From: Gammaproteobacteria bacterium | GTDB lineage: Bacteria > Pseudomonadota > Gammaproteobacteria > Arenicellales > Poriferihabitantaceae | Direction of reading: 5' to 3' | DNA length: 64,000 nucleotides | NCBI GenBank assembly: GCA_047639475.1 | Contig: JBLIOD010000004.1 | Location: 14,159-78,158 of the forward strand | Part shown: piece after piece, positions 9,029 through 19,893 of the stretch | Layout of the letters: every line of letters begins with the position of its first letter | How positions within the stretch are numbered: position 1 is the stretch's first letter | The notes under the pieces: generated by a model | Database searches by the model: none | The model's input: only the letters and a program-made list of their open reading frames with translations | What the model was told of the DNA's origin: nothing | Made by a program: the position numbers and the translations under genes

Positions 9029-11788
9029 ATGAATTTATCCCAGCGTGTCGAAGCATCTAGCTATTTATGGTCGCTGTTTGCGCAGTTTCCTGAGTATCAA
9101 CCTTATGTGAGTGGTGAACAGGTTGTAGCGCTTAAGCAACTTGATTTGATTAGCAGTCAGATTGTTTCTTGCGAAGACGAATTAGTTACTAATATGGAAG
9201 CGTTCACCGTTAATTTACGCGAGCAGAAAAACCGCTTCACTTTGCTTTGGTCATTGGCTTCTTTCTCGGATGCTTTGAGTTTCGAGGCCTTAGGTCAAGC
9301 ACAAAGCAATTTCGCAATGCTGTGCGCTCAACAGGCGCTCAATGCCGCCATGCATTCGCCGCGTATTGTGAAGCTGTACGCCGGTCAAGCGCTTCCGGAC
9401 GCAACTGAAAACGGTTTGTTTGTATTGGCAATGGGAAAGCTAGGCGGCTTTGATTTGAACTTTTCTAGCGATATCGACTTGGTGGCTTTTTATGATAAAG
9501 AGCGCTTTTCCTGCCCGCGCATGCAAGGAGCCACTTTTGTGGTTACACAGATATTACAAGCTATGACGCAAATCTTGGTGGGTAATGGGGATAGTGAATT
9601 GATTTGGCGGGTAGACTGGCGGCTACGTCCGCACGCTTCTTTACGAAACCTAAGTATGCCGACACTCTCGGCTGACGATTTTTATCATTATCATGCACAG
9701 CCGTGGCACCGTTTGGCAATGATCAAAGCACGGCCTATTGCTGGGGATCTAAGCGCTGGAAAAAATTTCTTGGATGACCTGTCCTCTTTCCTGTGGCGTC
9801 ATGATTTAGATTATCGAGCACTAGACGACCTTGAATCGCTTAAGCATAAAATCAACCGAGAGCATCCAGAGTTAGAAGGGCAACGCAGACAATCTGAACA
9901 AGAGCAACATCTCGCGAAGGGTTATAACCTAAAGCTGGGAACCGGGGGTATCAGAGAGATTGAATTTATTGTGAATGCCTTGCAACTGATTTGGGGTGGA
10001 AGAAAACCAGAGTTGCGTCAAACTAATACTTTAAATGCATTGACCTGTTTGGTGAATATTGGTTTATATCATGAACAAGCGGGTCGCTGTCTGGGCGAGG
10101 CTTATCAGTTTTATAGACTAGCTGAGAATGCGCTACAAATGATGGAAAATTCTCAGCGTTATCATCTGCCAGAAAAAACCGAGAACCAACACAAGCTGTT
10201 GATACTACTTGGGTTAGAATCTTGGTCTGAATTTGAAGACCAATTATTGCTGCATAGAAGTAGTGTGAGCGACGCATTCGCCAACCTGTTTGCAGATAAA
10301 CGCACTAAGGGCGAGCAAGCCCCAGTAAAGGAGCAGTTTGATTGGGACAATAAACAGCTCAATGAGCAAACATCTGAAATAGTTCAACTGTGGAAAGAAG
10401 GATTCAGAAACTACGGAGTACATGAAAGCTACGCCAGCTCTCTCAAAGCTCTGGCCAAAGAGCTAGACCGCATTATTGCAGTGGCTGAGCTTGATGCTAA
10501 TGAAGCGATTATTAAGCTGGACCAGTTTTTCCATAGCTTGCCACCGGGTGGGCAATACTTTCGACTGTTAAAAGAATATCCCGCTTTGCTCGATAAGCTT
10601 ATTCAACCCTTATTGCATTCTGACGCAATGGCTATCTTGCTGCAACAATCGCCGCACATCATCGATCGTTTTCTAGAGGACTGCGTGCCCTTATCGCCAG
10701 CTATGGAGTTGGATACTTCCACTATCTTTTATACACAAGATTTTGAAACACGACTCCAAAACTTACGCCGCTTGGCCAATGAAGAGCTTTATCTTGTCTA
10801 TTTGCAGTACTTTAATGCTGAACTAACCGCTCGGCAGTTTGAGGCTAGTTTGAGTCATCTCGCAAAGTGTTTAATAGAGATATGCCTACAGGTGACCTGT
10901 GATGAGTTGCAACTCAAAGAATCGCCCATCGGGGTGATAGGCTTCGGAAAGCTGGGTATGGGAGCCATGATGCCTATGTCTGACCTTGACTTGGTGTTTC
11001 TATTTGACGATATCGAAGACTTGCAATTAGCGAGTCAATTTGCCAGCAAGCTAACCACCGTTATCTCGACGCCGATGAAACAAGGGAGGGTCTATGAGCT
11101 AGATACCCGTTTACGCCCCTCCGGCAAGTCTGGGGCTGCGACAATTAGCTTAGAGAGTTTTAGAAAACACCAGCTAGACCACACGCATACTTGGTCTCAT
11201 TTGGCCTTGGTGCCGGCCAACTTTGTGGCAGGAAATAGAGATGTTGGCAGCAAGTTTACACAGATCAAAAATGAAGTCTTGTCAAAGCCACGTGATCTAG
11301 TTCAATTTAAAAAGGATTGTTTGAAGATGTTGGTGCGCATCAAGAAACAACGCACATTGGAAGGAGTCGAAAATCAGTTTGTCAGTAAACGTCGCTCTGG
11401 TGGTCTATCAGAGTTGGAGTACTTGATTTGCTGTGAAGCGATTCTGCAACATCAAAATAAGCCACTAGCTTGGTCGAGTTCGTTTGATGAGTTAGCAGCA
11501 AGTTTTGCTATAGAAATGGGCGCTAAAATTGACGACGGCTTATTATTTATGCGGGATTTTCAACTAGAGGTGCGCTTATTTGGTGATGAGGCGCGTCCTT
11601 TGAGTGAACTCAGTTTGTTGGTGAAAGAGCATATCAAGAGCATATTTAATGTTGATTGTGTTGAGCAGGCTGAAATACAAATGCAATCTTTCACCAAAAT
11701 GACGACAGAATTTGACCAACGCTTTTTTAAGAGCGTTGATATCAAAGAAATGGAAGGCTGGCAAGAGCAGCAGATTCGATGGCATTAA
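9029..11788 (+). CDS. glnE: Bifunctional glutamine synthetase adenylyltransferase/adenylyl-removing enzyme
   Basis: 919 aa with two nucleotidyltransferase modules: GKLGG.DLNFSSDIDL near residue 140 and GKLGMGAMMPMSDLDL near residue 640. Each is followed by D.RLRP. Confidence 0.93.
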   Translation: MNLSQRVEASSYLWSLFAQFPEYQPYVSGEQVVALKQLDLISSQIVSCEDELVTNMEAFTVNLREQKNRFTLLWSLASFSDALSFEALGQAQSNFAMLCAQQALNAAMHSPRIVKLYAGQALPDATENGLFVLAMGKLGGFDLNFSSDIDLVAFYDKERFSCPRMQGATFVVTQILQAMTQILVGNGDSELIWRVDWRLRPHASLRNLSMPTLSADDFYHYHAQPWHRLAMIKARPIAGDLSAGKNFLDDLSSFLWRHDLDYRALDDLESLKHKINREHPELEGQRRQSEQEQHLAKGYNLKLGTGGIREIEFIVNALQLIWGGRKPELRQTNTLNALTCLVNIGLYHEQAGRCLGEAYQFYRLAENALQMMENSQRYHLPEKTENQHKLLILLGLESWSEFEDQLLLHRSSVSDAFANLFADKRTKGEQAPVKEQFDWDNKQLNEQTSEIVQLWKEGFRNYGVHESYASSLKALAKELDRIIAVAELDANEAIIKLDQFFHSLPPGGQYFRLLKEYPALLDKLIQPLLHSDAMAILLQQSPHIIDRFLEDCVPLSPAMELDTSTIFYTQDFETRLQNLRRLANEELYLVYLQYFNAELTARQFEASLSHLAKCLIEICLQVTCDELQLKESPIGVIGFGKLGMGAMMPMSDLDLVFLFDDIEDLQLASQFASKLTTVISTPMKQGRVYELDTRLRPSGKSGAATISLESFRKHQLDHTHTWSHLALVPANFVAGNRDVGSKFTQIKNEVLSKPRDLVQFKKDCLKMLVRIKKQRTLEGVENQFVSKRRSGGLSELEYLICCEAILQHQNKPLAWSSSFDELAASFAIEMGAKIDDGLLFMRDFQLEVRLFGDEARPLSELSLLVKEHIKSIFNVDCVEQAEIQMQSFTKMTTEFDQRFFKSVDIKEMEGWQEQQIRWH

Positions 11789-11877
11789 GGACTTGTTCGG
11801 CTTTAAGAGTATAGAATTACGCAACCGATAATCGATAGCGGTTATAATTACACCGTAAAAATAAACACTGCAATAAA

Positions 11878-12762
11878 ATGAATTGGTTAGATCGAATAAT
11901 TCCCCCTAAGATTAAACAAACCCGTGCTGACGGCAAGGGTGTGCCAGAAGGTTTGTGGCGTAAATGTGGGGGCTGTAAAGCCGTGTTGTACGGCGCTGAA
12001 TTGGAAAATTTAAATGGGGTCTGCCCAAAATGTGGGCACCATCACCGCATCAGCGCGATGCAGCGCTTACGCGGTTTTCTTGCAACCCAAGAGCTTAACC
12101 TCATTGGCGAAGAGGTAAAAACCAAAGATGTGCTCAAATTTCGAGATATTAAAAAATATAAGGACCGCCTATCTGACGCCAAAAAGAACACAGAAGCATC
12201 AGAGGCTTTAGTGGTGGCGAAAGGCCAACTGCTAGGCATGCCCGTGGTAGTGGCTGCATTCGATTTCGGTTTTATGGGGGGCTCTATGGGGTCAGTGGTA
12301 GGGGAGCGATTTGTACGTGGCGCCGAACTCAGCTTAAAAGAAAATATTCCCTTTATTTGTTTTTCCGCTAGTGGCGGCGCCCGAATGCAAGAAGGCTTGT
12401 TCTCGCTAATGCAGTTGACCAAAACTGTTGCGTCACTTAAGCGATTAAAACGAGCGTCAATACCTTATGTTTCTATCTTAACCGATCCAACTATGGGCGG
12501 CGTGTCGGCCAGTTTTGCGATGCTCGGCGATATTATTGTGGCTGAGCCCAATGCGCTTATCGGTTTTGCTGGACCAAGAGTGATTGAACAAACGGTGCGA
12601 GAAACCTTGCCAGAGGGGTTTCAAAGAGCGGAGTTTTTACTTGATCATGGTGCGATTGATATGATTGTTGAGCGCAATGAGTTGCCCCAATGTATTCATA
12701 CTTTTTTGTCCACTGTAAAAATGAATAATCAGTCTGTTAACCCGATAGAATCAGTTGCTTAA
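11878..12762 (+). CDS. accD: Acetyl-CoA carboxylase carboxyltransferase beta subunit
   Basis: N-terminal Zn ribbon C.GCK....CPKCGHH, then [10 protein letters not shown] and [10 protein letters not shown]. folC lies downstream, as in E. coli. Confidence 0.95.
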   Translation: MNWLDRIIPPKIKQTRADGKGVPEGLWRKCGGCKAVLYGAELENLNGVCPKCGHHHRISAMQRLRGFLATQELNLIGEEVKTKDVLKFRDIKKYKDRLSDAKKNTEASEALVVAKGQLLGMPVVVAAFDFGFMGGSMGSVVGERFVRGAELSLKENIPFICFSASGGARMQEGLFSLMQLTKTVASLKRLKRASIPYVSILTDPTMGGVSASFAMLGDIIVAEPNALIGFAGPRVIEQTVRETLPEGFQRAEFLLDHGAIDMIVERNELPQCIHTFLSTVKMNNQSVNPIESVA

Positions 12763-12796
12763 GCAATAATTTGACCCCTATTCGCAGTTAACAGCA

Positions 12797-14056
12797 ATGC
12801 AACCAAGAGACGTCAATATCTGGCTTGACTATATACAAACACTGCACTCAAGAACCATCGAGATGGGGCTGCAACGGGTGACTGAGGTTTGGCAAAAGTG
12901 TGAGTTGTCCATAAACTGTCCAGTTATCACTGTGGCAGGCACCAATGGTAAAGGCTCTAGTGTTGGTATGTTAGAAGCCATTTATCGCAAGGAGGGCTAT
13001 AAAACAGGGTCTTATACCTCTCCACATTTAGTGCATTATAACGAACGCATCACCATTGCAGGTGAACCCATTGGGGATGCGGAACTGATAGCGGGTTTTG
13101 AATCTATAGAATCAGTGCGTAGAGAGATACCACTGACTTATTTTGAATTTGGCACTGTGTTAGCTTTGTATTGCCTGCAGCAAGCTAACGTGGATATTAT
13201 GATATTGGAAGTGGGCTTAGGTGGACGCTTAGATGCCACCAATATTATTGCGAATGATGTAGCACTCATTACCTCCATCAGTGTGGATCATGTTAGTTGG
13301 CTGGGCAATGATAGAGAAGTTATTGGCGCGGAAAAAGCCGGCATCATTAAGCCCAATGGCATAGCAGTTTTTTCTGGTATGGACAGACCCGTTTCTATCG
13401 ATAACACAGCGACTGCCCAGGGTGCGAAGTTGTTTGCTGCCGGCCGTGACTTCAACATACGTATAGATGACGGCTCTTTTGATTGGGAATTTGAAGATCA
13501 TAGTTTAATTAATGTAGAAACAAACTTGATCGGTGACCATCAGATGGCTAATGCGTCGGGTGTTTTGACGGCAATTCATTTATTAAACGAAGTATTGCCG
13601 GTGACGGAAAGTAATATTCGTTTAGGGTTAAATTCGGTAACGATTTGCGCGAGACAGCAATGGATTGAGGGAGAGCCATGTTTGTTGCTTGATGTTTCTC
13701 ATAATGAGGATTCAATTGAGCAACTAGTTGAAACCCTTCAGGAGAAATTGATGCTTGGAGATGGCAAGATACACGCGGTGTTTGGCGCTTTAGAAGATAA
13801 AAATATCAGTCAAGCAATAAATCAATTGCTCCCGATTGTAGATAAATGGTACCTCGCTTCTATAGCCGGAGATCGCGGTCAATCAGCTGAAGCATTATTG
13901 CAAAATTTGAACCAAACATTATCACTAGAGGCCGAACTGCACGATGCGCCTGTTGCCGCTTTCAGGTCTGCAAAGAAAGCGGCATTATCAATAGATATTG
14001 TTCTAATCTTTGGGTCGTTTCATATTGTCGGTGATATACTCGCCGACCTTTCTTAA
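12797..14056 (+). CDS. folC: Bifunctional folylpolyglutamate synthase/dihydrofolate synthase
   Basis: 419 aa with P-loop VAGTNGKGS and the Mur-ligase motifs SPHL..YNERI and LEVGLGGRLDATN. It sits in the accD-folC-dedD-cvpA-purF order. Confidence 0.92.
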   Translation: MQPRDVNIWLDYIQTLHSRTIEMGLQRVTEVWQKCELSINCPVITVAGTNGKGSSVGMLEAIYRKEGYKTGSYTSPHLVHYNERITIAGEPIGDAELIAGFESIESVRREIPLTYFEFGTVLALYCLQQANVDIMILEVGLGGRLDATNIIANDVALITSISVDHVSWLGNDREVIGAEKAGIIKPNGIAVFSGMDRPVSIDNTATAQGAKLFAAGRDFNIRIDDGSFDWEFEDHSLINVETNLIGDHQMANASGVLTAIHLLNEVLPVTESNIRLGLNSVTICARQQWIEGEPCLLLDVSHNEDSIEQLVETLQEKLMLGDGKIHAVFGALEDKNISQAINQLLPIVDKWYLASIAGDRGQSAEALLQNLNQTLSLEAELHDAPVAAFRSAKKAALSIDIVLIFGSFHIVGDILADLS

Positions 14057-14078
14057 ATCGCTAACTTCGCAACGTATT

Positions 14079-14729
14079 TTGGATTCAACCGTTCCTGATC
14101 CACAGCTCAAAAACAGAATATTCGGCGCTATACTGCTGGTTATTCTTGCTGTACTGCTGATTCCTATATTTCTAGGTGAACCACGCAGCAATATCGAGAT
14201 TCCCCAAAAGGAGAACAAAAAGCTTTTCCAATCTAAAATCCAGCCATTGCCGGGTTCTGAAGGCGGCGTAGATCCAAGTACGATCCTAGGTAGTCAGGAA
14301 TTAGATGTGCCGAAGACAGAAAACACTGAATCAACCGGCTTGGTCTTGAAGCAACTAGACACCAGTTCTGCGTCAGAAACGCCAGACGAGCAACAAAGTG
14401 AGGACGTGACCACGACTGAATTGACTACAGAAAAGCCGGCAAAAGAATCCACTCAAGAAGTGGCTGAACCGACTGAACCGATCATTGAAGAAGGGTGGGC
14501 ACTGCAAGCAGGCATTTTTTCTAAAAAAGCCAACGCTGAGTCAATCATGAAAATATTATCACGTCACGGTTTCACACCCAATTCAAGTCAAACACAAGTC
14601 AGTTTTGGTGAAGCAACCCGCGTTTGGATGGGGCCGTTGGAAAGTAAACAAAAAGCCCAAGAGCTTTCTTCTAAGTTAGAATCGATCATCGGTAGTGGTG
14701 GCTATATCGCCCCGTACCCGTTTAAATAG
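14079..14729 (+). CDS. dedD: SPOR-domain cell-division protein (DedD-like)
   Basis: It has an N-terminal anchor (KNRIFGAILLVILAVLLIPIFLGE, compare E. coli DedD QNRLVGTIVLVALGV), an acidic low-complexity linker and a C-terminal SPOR domain (WALQAGIFSKKANAE...VWMGP). The start is uncertain. TTG 14079 lies after the folC stop. TTG 14010, from the ORF track, would overlap folC by 47 nt. Confidence 0.7.
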   Translation: MDSTVPDPQLKNRIFGAILLVILAVLLIPIFLGEPRSNIEIPQKENKKLFQSKIQPLPGSEGGVDPSTILGSQELDVPKTENTESTGLVLKQLDTSSASETPDEQQSEDVTTTELTTEKPAKESTQEVAEPTEPIIEEGWALQAGIFSKKANAESIMKILSRHGFTPNSSQTQVSFGEATRVWMGPLESKQKAQELSSKLESIIGSGGYIAPYPFK

Positions 14730-14778
14730 ATTAAACTCCTTAACAATCAATTATGAGTAACTCACTAAGGTACATATC

Positions 14779-15357
14779 ATGAGCTTTGCATGGTTAGACG
14801 TTGTAGTGATAGCGTTTGTCGCTATCTCGGTGCTAGTAGGCATTTTTCGGGGCCTGGTTAAAGAGGTGCTATCATTAACTTCATGGGTGTTAGCTGCTTT
14901 TATCGCCTATCAAAATGGTGAGATAGCTGCGAGTTATTTAGAGTTGTATATCAAAGAATCGATGCTTGCATTAGCAATAGCTTATGTTGCCGTGTTCCTG
15001 ATTGCATTAATTGGACTGTCAGTAGTGAGTTACTTAATCAGTCGTTTGTTCAACGCCACGGGCATGAGCGCAATCGATCGATCATTGGGCAGCATGTTCG
15101 GTGCTGTGCGGGCTGCGGCAATCATGGGTATTCTGATTTTGATCGGCCACTTTTTGAATTTAAATGATCAATCATGGTGGACGGATTCACAGTTGCTAGA
15201 CTATTTTATCCCCGTTGCCGATTGGATAACCTCGTATTTGCCTGAATCAATTGTTGATAAAATCCAACACACTTCAACGCCAAGCGCAGCAGAGGCGGCT
15301 GCTGTGATAGAGAGTACTATTTCAACCGACGCAGCCGCGACGATGACTACTCAATAA
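14779..15357 (+). CDS. cvpA: Colicin V production membrane protein CvpA
   Basis: 192 aa with four TM segments and the N-terminus W.D....F.A.S...G.FRG.VKE. It is in the conserved position before purF. Confidence 0.88.
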   Translation: MSFAWLDVVVIAFVAISVLVGIFRGLVKEVLSLTSWVLAAFIAYQNGEIAASYLELYIKESMLALAIAYVAVFLIALIGLSVVSYLISRLFNATGMSAIDRSLGSMFGAVRAAAIMGILILIGHFLNLNDQSWWTDSQLLDYFIPVADWITSYLPESIVDKIQHTSTPSAAEAAAVIESTISTDAAATMTTQ

Positions 15358-15388
15358 AACTTAATCAGTAGCTCAACTACTCAAACTT

Positions 15389-16921
15389 ATGTGCGGCATC
15401 ATTGGTCTGCTAGATTCTTCTCCTGTTAATCAAGCGATCTATGATGGCTTAACAGTTTTACAGCACCGTGGTCAGGATGCGGCGGGCATTATCACCTACG
15501 ACGGGGATAAAGTTTACCTAAGGAAAGATAATGGCTTGGTGCGCGACGTATTTCATACTCGCCATATGCACCAGCTCAAGGGCAATGTTGGCATCGGTCA
15601 TGCGCGTTATCCTACTGCAGGTGGTGATTCTAGAGCTGAAGCACAGCCTTTTTATGTGAACTCGCCGTTTGGTATTGCACTGGGTCATAATGGCAATTTA
15701 ACCAATGCGGATGCTTTACGCGAAGAGTTGTTTCGTCAAGATTTGCGACACTTAAATACCGCCTCAGATTCTGAAATACTGCTTAATATATTCGCTCATG
15801 AATTGCGCAAAACCCTAGACGATAGCAGTTTAACAGCCAGCGTGGATAATATTTTCACTGCTGTTTCAGGCGTGTTTGAGCGTTGTAAAGGAGGCTATGC
15901 CATTATTGCAATGGTGATCGGTAATGGTCTATTGGCTTTTAGAGACCCAAATGGCATTCGCCCTTTAAGTTATGGGACCCGTAAAAATAAAGAAGGTCTG
16001 GCTCATTTATTTTCATCAGAAAGTATCGCTTTTGATGTCTTGGGTTTTGATTTGGTCGATGACGTGCAAGCTGGGGAGGCAATCTATATAGAGATGGATG
16101 GCACAGTACACCGAAAAATTTGTGCGAAAAAGCCGAAGCTTACACCCTGTATTTTCGAGCACGTTTATTTAGCCCGTCCAGATTCAATAATTGATGGTAT
16201 CGAGGTATACCAAACCCGTATGCGTATGGGCGAGGCCTTGGCAGACAAGTTAATGCGAGTATGGCCAGAGCAAGATATTGATGTCGTTATTCCTGTGCCT
16301 GATACATCCCGGCCCGCCGCTCACCAATTGGCTACCAAACTGGGATTGCCATACAGAGAAGGGTTCATCAAGAATCGTTACATCGGCCGGACTTTTATTA
16401 TGCCAGGCCAACAAGAGCGTAAGAAGTCAGTACGCCAAAAACTCAATGCCATGCGCACCGAGTTTGAAGGCAAGAACGTGTTACTGGTGGATGATTCAAT
16501 TGTACGTGGCACAACATCCAGCAAAATCATAGAGTTGGCAAGAGAGGCCGGTGCAAAGAAAGTGTACTTCGCTTCTGCCGCGCCGCCTGTTCGTTATCCC
16601 AATGTGTACGGTATTGATATGCCGTCTTGCCACGAATTAGTGGCCAATGGGCGCAGTATTCCTGAGATAGGCGATGCGATAGGGGCCGACTGGATCTTAT
16701 ACCAAGATTTAGATGACTTGATAGAAGCGGTGAAATTCGGCCAGGATAAGGTGACAGAATTTGACTCTTCGTGCTTTAATGGCATTTACCCCACAGGAGA
16801 CATTACGCAAGAATACTTAGATTCAATCGAGGCTCAGCGTAATGACCAAGCCAAGCATAATCGTGTTGAGAGTGATTTAGATCCTTCTGAATTAGCGGTT
16901 ATTCAAACCGCGGTTGCTTAG
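15389..16921 (+). CDS. purF: Amidophosphoribosyltransferase
   Basis: MCGI N-terminal nucleophile, then LQHRGQDAAGI, the PRPP-binding loop VLLVDDSIVRGTTS and YPNVYGIDMP. Confidence 0.96.
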   Translation: MCGIIGLLDSSPVNQAIYDGLTVLQHRGQDAAGIITYDGDKVYLRKDNGLVRDVFHTRHMHQLKGNVGIGHARYPTAGGDSRAEAQPFYVNSPFGIALGHNGNLTNADALREELFRQDLRHLNTASDSEILLNIFAHELRKTLDDSSLTASVDNIFTAVSGVFERCKGGYAIIAMVIGNGLLAFRDPNGIRPLSYGTRKNKEGLAHLFSSESIAFDVLGFDLVDDVQAGEAIYIEMDGTVHRKICAKKPKLTPCIFEHVYLARPDSIIDGIEVYQTRMRMGEALADKLMRVWPEQDIDVVIPVPDTSRPAAHQLATKLGLPYREGFIKNRYIGRTFIMPGQQERKKSVRQKLNAMRTEFEGKNVLLVDDSIVRGTTSSKIIELAREAGAKKVYFASAAPPVRYPNVYGIDMPSCHELVANGRSIPEIGDAIGADWILYQDLDDLIEAVKFGQDKVTEFDSSCFNGIYPTGDITQEYLDSIEAQRNDQAKHNRVESDLDPSELAVIQTAVA

Positions 16922-16982
16922 GCAAGCTAGGTCGCGTAGTTCGCACCAGATAGGTGGTAGTGCTATCCGCTTGAACACTACC

Positions 16983-17699
16983 CTAGACGTTATATTCTAA
17001 GTTGAGTTCGCCATCTGAATAGGTCAAAGCGCTTTTGTGATCGTACCAATCACCCAGTACATAGCGCTTTACCTCTTTGCCGTTAACCATATGTGAATGC
17101 ACATTGGGCCGATGAGTATGGCCGTGGATGAGTAAATCAGCATCAAATTTGGCTATCGCCTGCTCAACTTCACTTTGGTTGACGTCCATTACCTCCATCG
17201 TTTTGCCTTGTTTAGCGGCTTCGCTTTGCTCTCGAATGTCTTTAGCGAAAGCCAGACGGTGCTCTATGCTTTGACTTAAAATGTTGCCTTGCCACTGAGA
17301 AGACAATAGGGTTTTGCGCAATGCCACGTGCTCAAGGTCATCAGTACAAAATACATCGCCATGCGAGAGCAGGGCGCGTTGTCCATCAAGGTCTATAAGG
17401 GTTAGATCTTCAATTAGCTTAATGCCAGTGCGCTCGCAGAAACCCTCTCCTACTAGAAAATCTCGATTTCCTGCCATAAAAGTAACAATCGTGCCGTTAT
17501 CGACTGCTGTTTTTACGACGTCCTCTACAGTTTGAAAGCCTAACTCGCGCGCGCCGTCGTCGCCGATCCAATAATCGAAGAAGTCACCCAATATATAGAG
17601 CTCGTCCATTACCGTTTGCTGCATGAACTTGGTAAATAGGGCAATTGAGGCAGGTCTATCTGCTGATAAGTGTAAATCAGAGATGAAAGCGATGGTCAT
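16983..17699 (-). CDS. lpxH: UDP-2,3-diacylglucosamine diphosphatase
   Basis: 238 aa with calcineurin-like motifs ISDLHL, GDFFDYWIGDD, GNRDF and HGHTHRP. It is divergent from cysS, as in enterics. Confidence 0.9.
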   Translation of the reverse strand: MTIAFISDLHLSADRPASIALFTKFMQQTVMDELYILGDFFDYWIGDDGARELGFQTVEDVVKTAVDNGTIVTFMAGNRDFLVGEGFCERTGIKLIEDLTLIDLDGQRALLSHGDVFCTDDLEHVALRKTLLSSQWQGNILSQSIEHRLAFAKDIREQSEAAKQGKTMEVMDVNQSEVEQAIAKFDADLLIHGHTHRPNVHSHMVNGKEVKRYVLGDWYDHKSALTYSDGELNLEYNV

Positions 17700-17948
17700 A
17701 ATGGTTCCGTTGATAGCGATTAGGTATACTCCGCGTCTTTATTAAACCTAGAAAACTCAATTTAACGCAAAAAAGATGTGCAGCTAATTGATATGAATAA
17801 GATAGTTAGAAAATGTGAGGTCACCTTTTTGGTGATGAGCACTTTTCTAACTACTTAAGCAGATTAAGTAGTTCCGCAGACTTTTGTGTTTCAATTGTTT
17901 TTTCTAGGTTAAAGCCCGCGATTCGGATTTTAACCCAAGCCACAGCAA

Positions 17949-19397
17949 ATGCTACATATATACAATACGCTTAACCGCAAAAAAGAACTATTTACCCCTA
18001 TTCAAGCTAATAAAGTGGGCATGTACGTCTGCGGCATGACAGTCTACGACTACTGCCATCTAGGCCATGCCAGGGTATTAGTGGTGTTTGATATGGTCAC
18101 TCGTTACTTGCGCGAAGCGGGTTATGACGTGAATTATGTGCGAAACATTACCGACATAGATGACAAGATTATCGCCCGCGCTAATGAAAATGGCGAAGAG
18201 TTTACTGGCTTAACCGAACGCTTCATCGATGCAATGCATGAAGATGAGCGCATTTTAAACGTACTAGAACCTGATCAAGAGCCGCGCGCGACGGGCCATA
18301 TAGATGGCATTATTAAAATCACTCAAATCTTGATCGAAAAAGGCTACGCCTATCAAGGTGCTAACGGAGACGTATATTACCGAGTAAGGCAATTTGAAGG
18401 CTACGGCAAGCTATCGGGCAAGAACGTAGAAGAGCTGCGTGTAGGTGCTAGAGTGGAGGCAGACAGCGATAAAGAAGACCCGCTAGATTTTGTGCTTTGG
18501 AAAAGCGCCAAGCCAAATGAGCCATTTTGGCCTTCTCCCTGGGGAGATGGACGCCCAGGCTGGCATATTGAATGTTCAGCTATGTCTACCAGTTGCTTGA
18601 GTGACTCCTTTGACATTCATGCTGGCGGAATGGATTTACAATTTCCGCATCACGAAAATGAGATTGCACAAACTGAAGGCGCTACAGGTTGCCAGTTTGC
18701 CAATGTGTGGATGCATAACGGTTATGTGCAAACAGACAAAGAGAAAATGTCTAAGTCTTTGGGTAACTTTTTCACCATTCGTGAAATATTAGACCAAGAC
18801 AACAACCGCGAGCGTATGGGTGAAGTGATTCGCTTCATGGTGTTGGCCAGTCATTACCGTAGTCCTTTGAATTATTCTGACGATACCCTGGCTAACGCAC
18901 GTGCCGGATTAGAGCGCCTTTATAAAGTGAAACACCGCGCGGCTGGCATCGCAAAGCAAGATGCCTGTACCAGTCGTGATTTTCGTGCCCGCTTCTACGA
19001 GGCCATGGATGATGACTTTAATACGCCAGAAGCGGTGTCAGTATTGTTCGATTTGGCTCGGGAGATAAACAAAGGCTTAGACGATAAGTCAGAAGAGGGC
19101 GCCCAGAACGCCTTGATGGGCGCTTTGATCAGCGAGTTTGATCACCTGTGTTCTGTGCTGGGCATTGTTACTTTGGACGCTGAAGCATTTTTAGGTTTAG
19201 GCGGCGGTAATGAAAGCGGCGCCGTAGCCGGTGATTTAACCGCAGCAGAAATTACCGATCTATTGACTGCAAGACAACAAGCCAAGCAAGATAATGATTG
19301 GGCCAGCGCAGATCGAATTCGCGATCAATTATCAGCACTCAATATTGAGATAGAAGACAAGCCTAACGCAACATCAACTTGGCGTTTAAAGACTTAG
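17949..19397 (+). CDS. cysS: Cysteine-tRNA ligase
   Basis: The class I signatures are HLGHAR (HIGH-type) and KMSKS, plus the conserved GWHIECSAM zinc site. Confidence 0.96.
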   Translation: MLHIYNTLNRKKELFTPIQANKVGMYVCGMTVYDYCHLGHARVLVVFDMVTRYLREAGYDVNYVRNITDIDDKIIARANENGEEFTGLTERFIDAMHEDERILNVLEPDQEPRATGHIDGIIKITQILIEKGYAYQGANGDVYYRVRQFEGYGKLSGKNVEELRVGARVEADSDKEDPLDFVLWKSAKPNEPFWPSPWGDGRPGWHIECSAMSTSCLSDSFDIHAGGMDLQFPHHENEIAQTEGATGCQFANVWMHNGYVQTDKEKMSKSLGNFFTIREILDQDNNRERMGEVIRFMVLASHYRSPLNYSDDTLANARAGLERLYKVKHRAAGIAKQDACTSRDFRARFYEAMDDDFNTPEAVSVLFDLAREINKGLDDKSEEGAQNALMGALISEFDHLCSVLGIVTLDAEAFLGLGGGNESGAVAGDLTAAEITDLLTARQQAKQDNDWASADRIRDQLSALNIEIEDKPNATSTWRLKT

Positions 19398-19479
19398 CGC
19401 TCGCGGCTTATGCCTAGTAGCGTCAAGCTCAAATAAGTGTTTGATTGCGGTTGTTTCTTGTGAATTGAATCGTTACAAT

Positions 19480-19605
19480 ACGCGCCCCTTTTAAGGGTGG
19501 CCGCAATAAGGCGATCACACCCTCTTAACTGGTGCCCACAATAGGGGGGCGTCTGGTAATTGGGTCGAACAATTTCGACAACACATATTTACAGGAATCC
19601 ATCTA
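19480..19605 (+). promoter_or_regulatory. Structured 5-prime leader of rpsO, a candidate S15 autoregulatory element
   Basis: Nested helices are visible by eye. 19480-19489 (acgcgcccct) pairs with 19543-19552 (aggggggcgt) with one mismatch. It encloses 19491-19499 (ttaagggtg) paired with 19518-19528 (cacCCTcttaa, 2-nt bulge). A 6-bp hairpin gtcgaa/ttcgac at 19564-19579 follows, then SD agga at 19593-19596. A possible promoter is TTGTTT at 19451-19456, N17, TACAAT at 19474-19479. The function is inferred from the known E. coli S15 leader, not demonstrated. Confidence 0.35.
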
Positions 19606-19875
19606 ATGGCTCTTACTTTTGCCGATCGCGAAGCGATCATTAAAGACCACGCACGAAGTGAAGGCGACACCGGTTCAACTGAAGTACAAGTTGCACTGTT
19701 AACTGCTCGCATCAAAGACTTAACTGAACACTTCAAAACTCACATTCACGACCACCATTCACGACAGGGCCTTTTGCGTCTTGTTAACCGTCGTCGCAGC
19801 TTACTTGACTATTTGAAGCGAGTAGAAGTTGAGCGATACCGCGAACTTATCGCGAAACTAGGTTTACGTAAGTAA
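19606..19875 (+). CDS. rpsO: 30S ribosomal protein S15
   Basis: 89 aa. [38 protein letters not shown]. Confidence 0.97.
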   Translation: MALTFADREAIIKDHARSEGDTGSTEVQVALLTARIKDLTEHFKTHIHDHHSRQGLLRLVNRRRSLLDYLKRVEVERYRELIAKLGLRK

Positions 19876-19893
19876 GCTGCAAAGGATATTAAA

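Noticed and set aside
16956-16982. A hairpin ggtagtg/cactacc between the convergent purF and lpxH genes, considered as a terminator.
   Set aside because: The stem is only 7 bp with a 13-nt loop, and there is no U tract on either strand. That is too weak to annotate.
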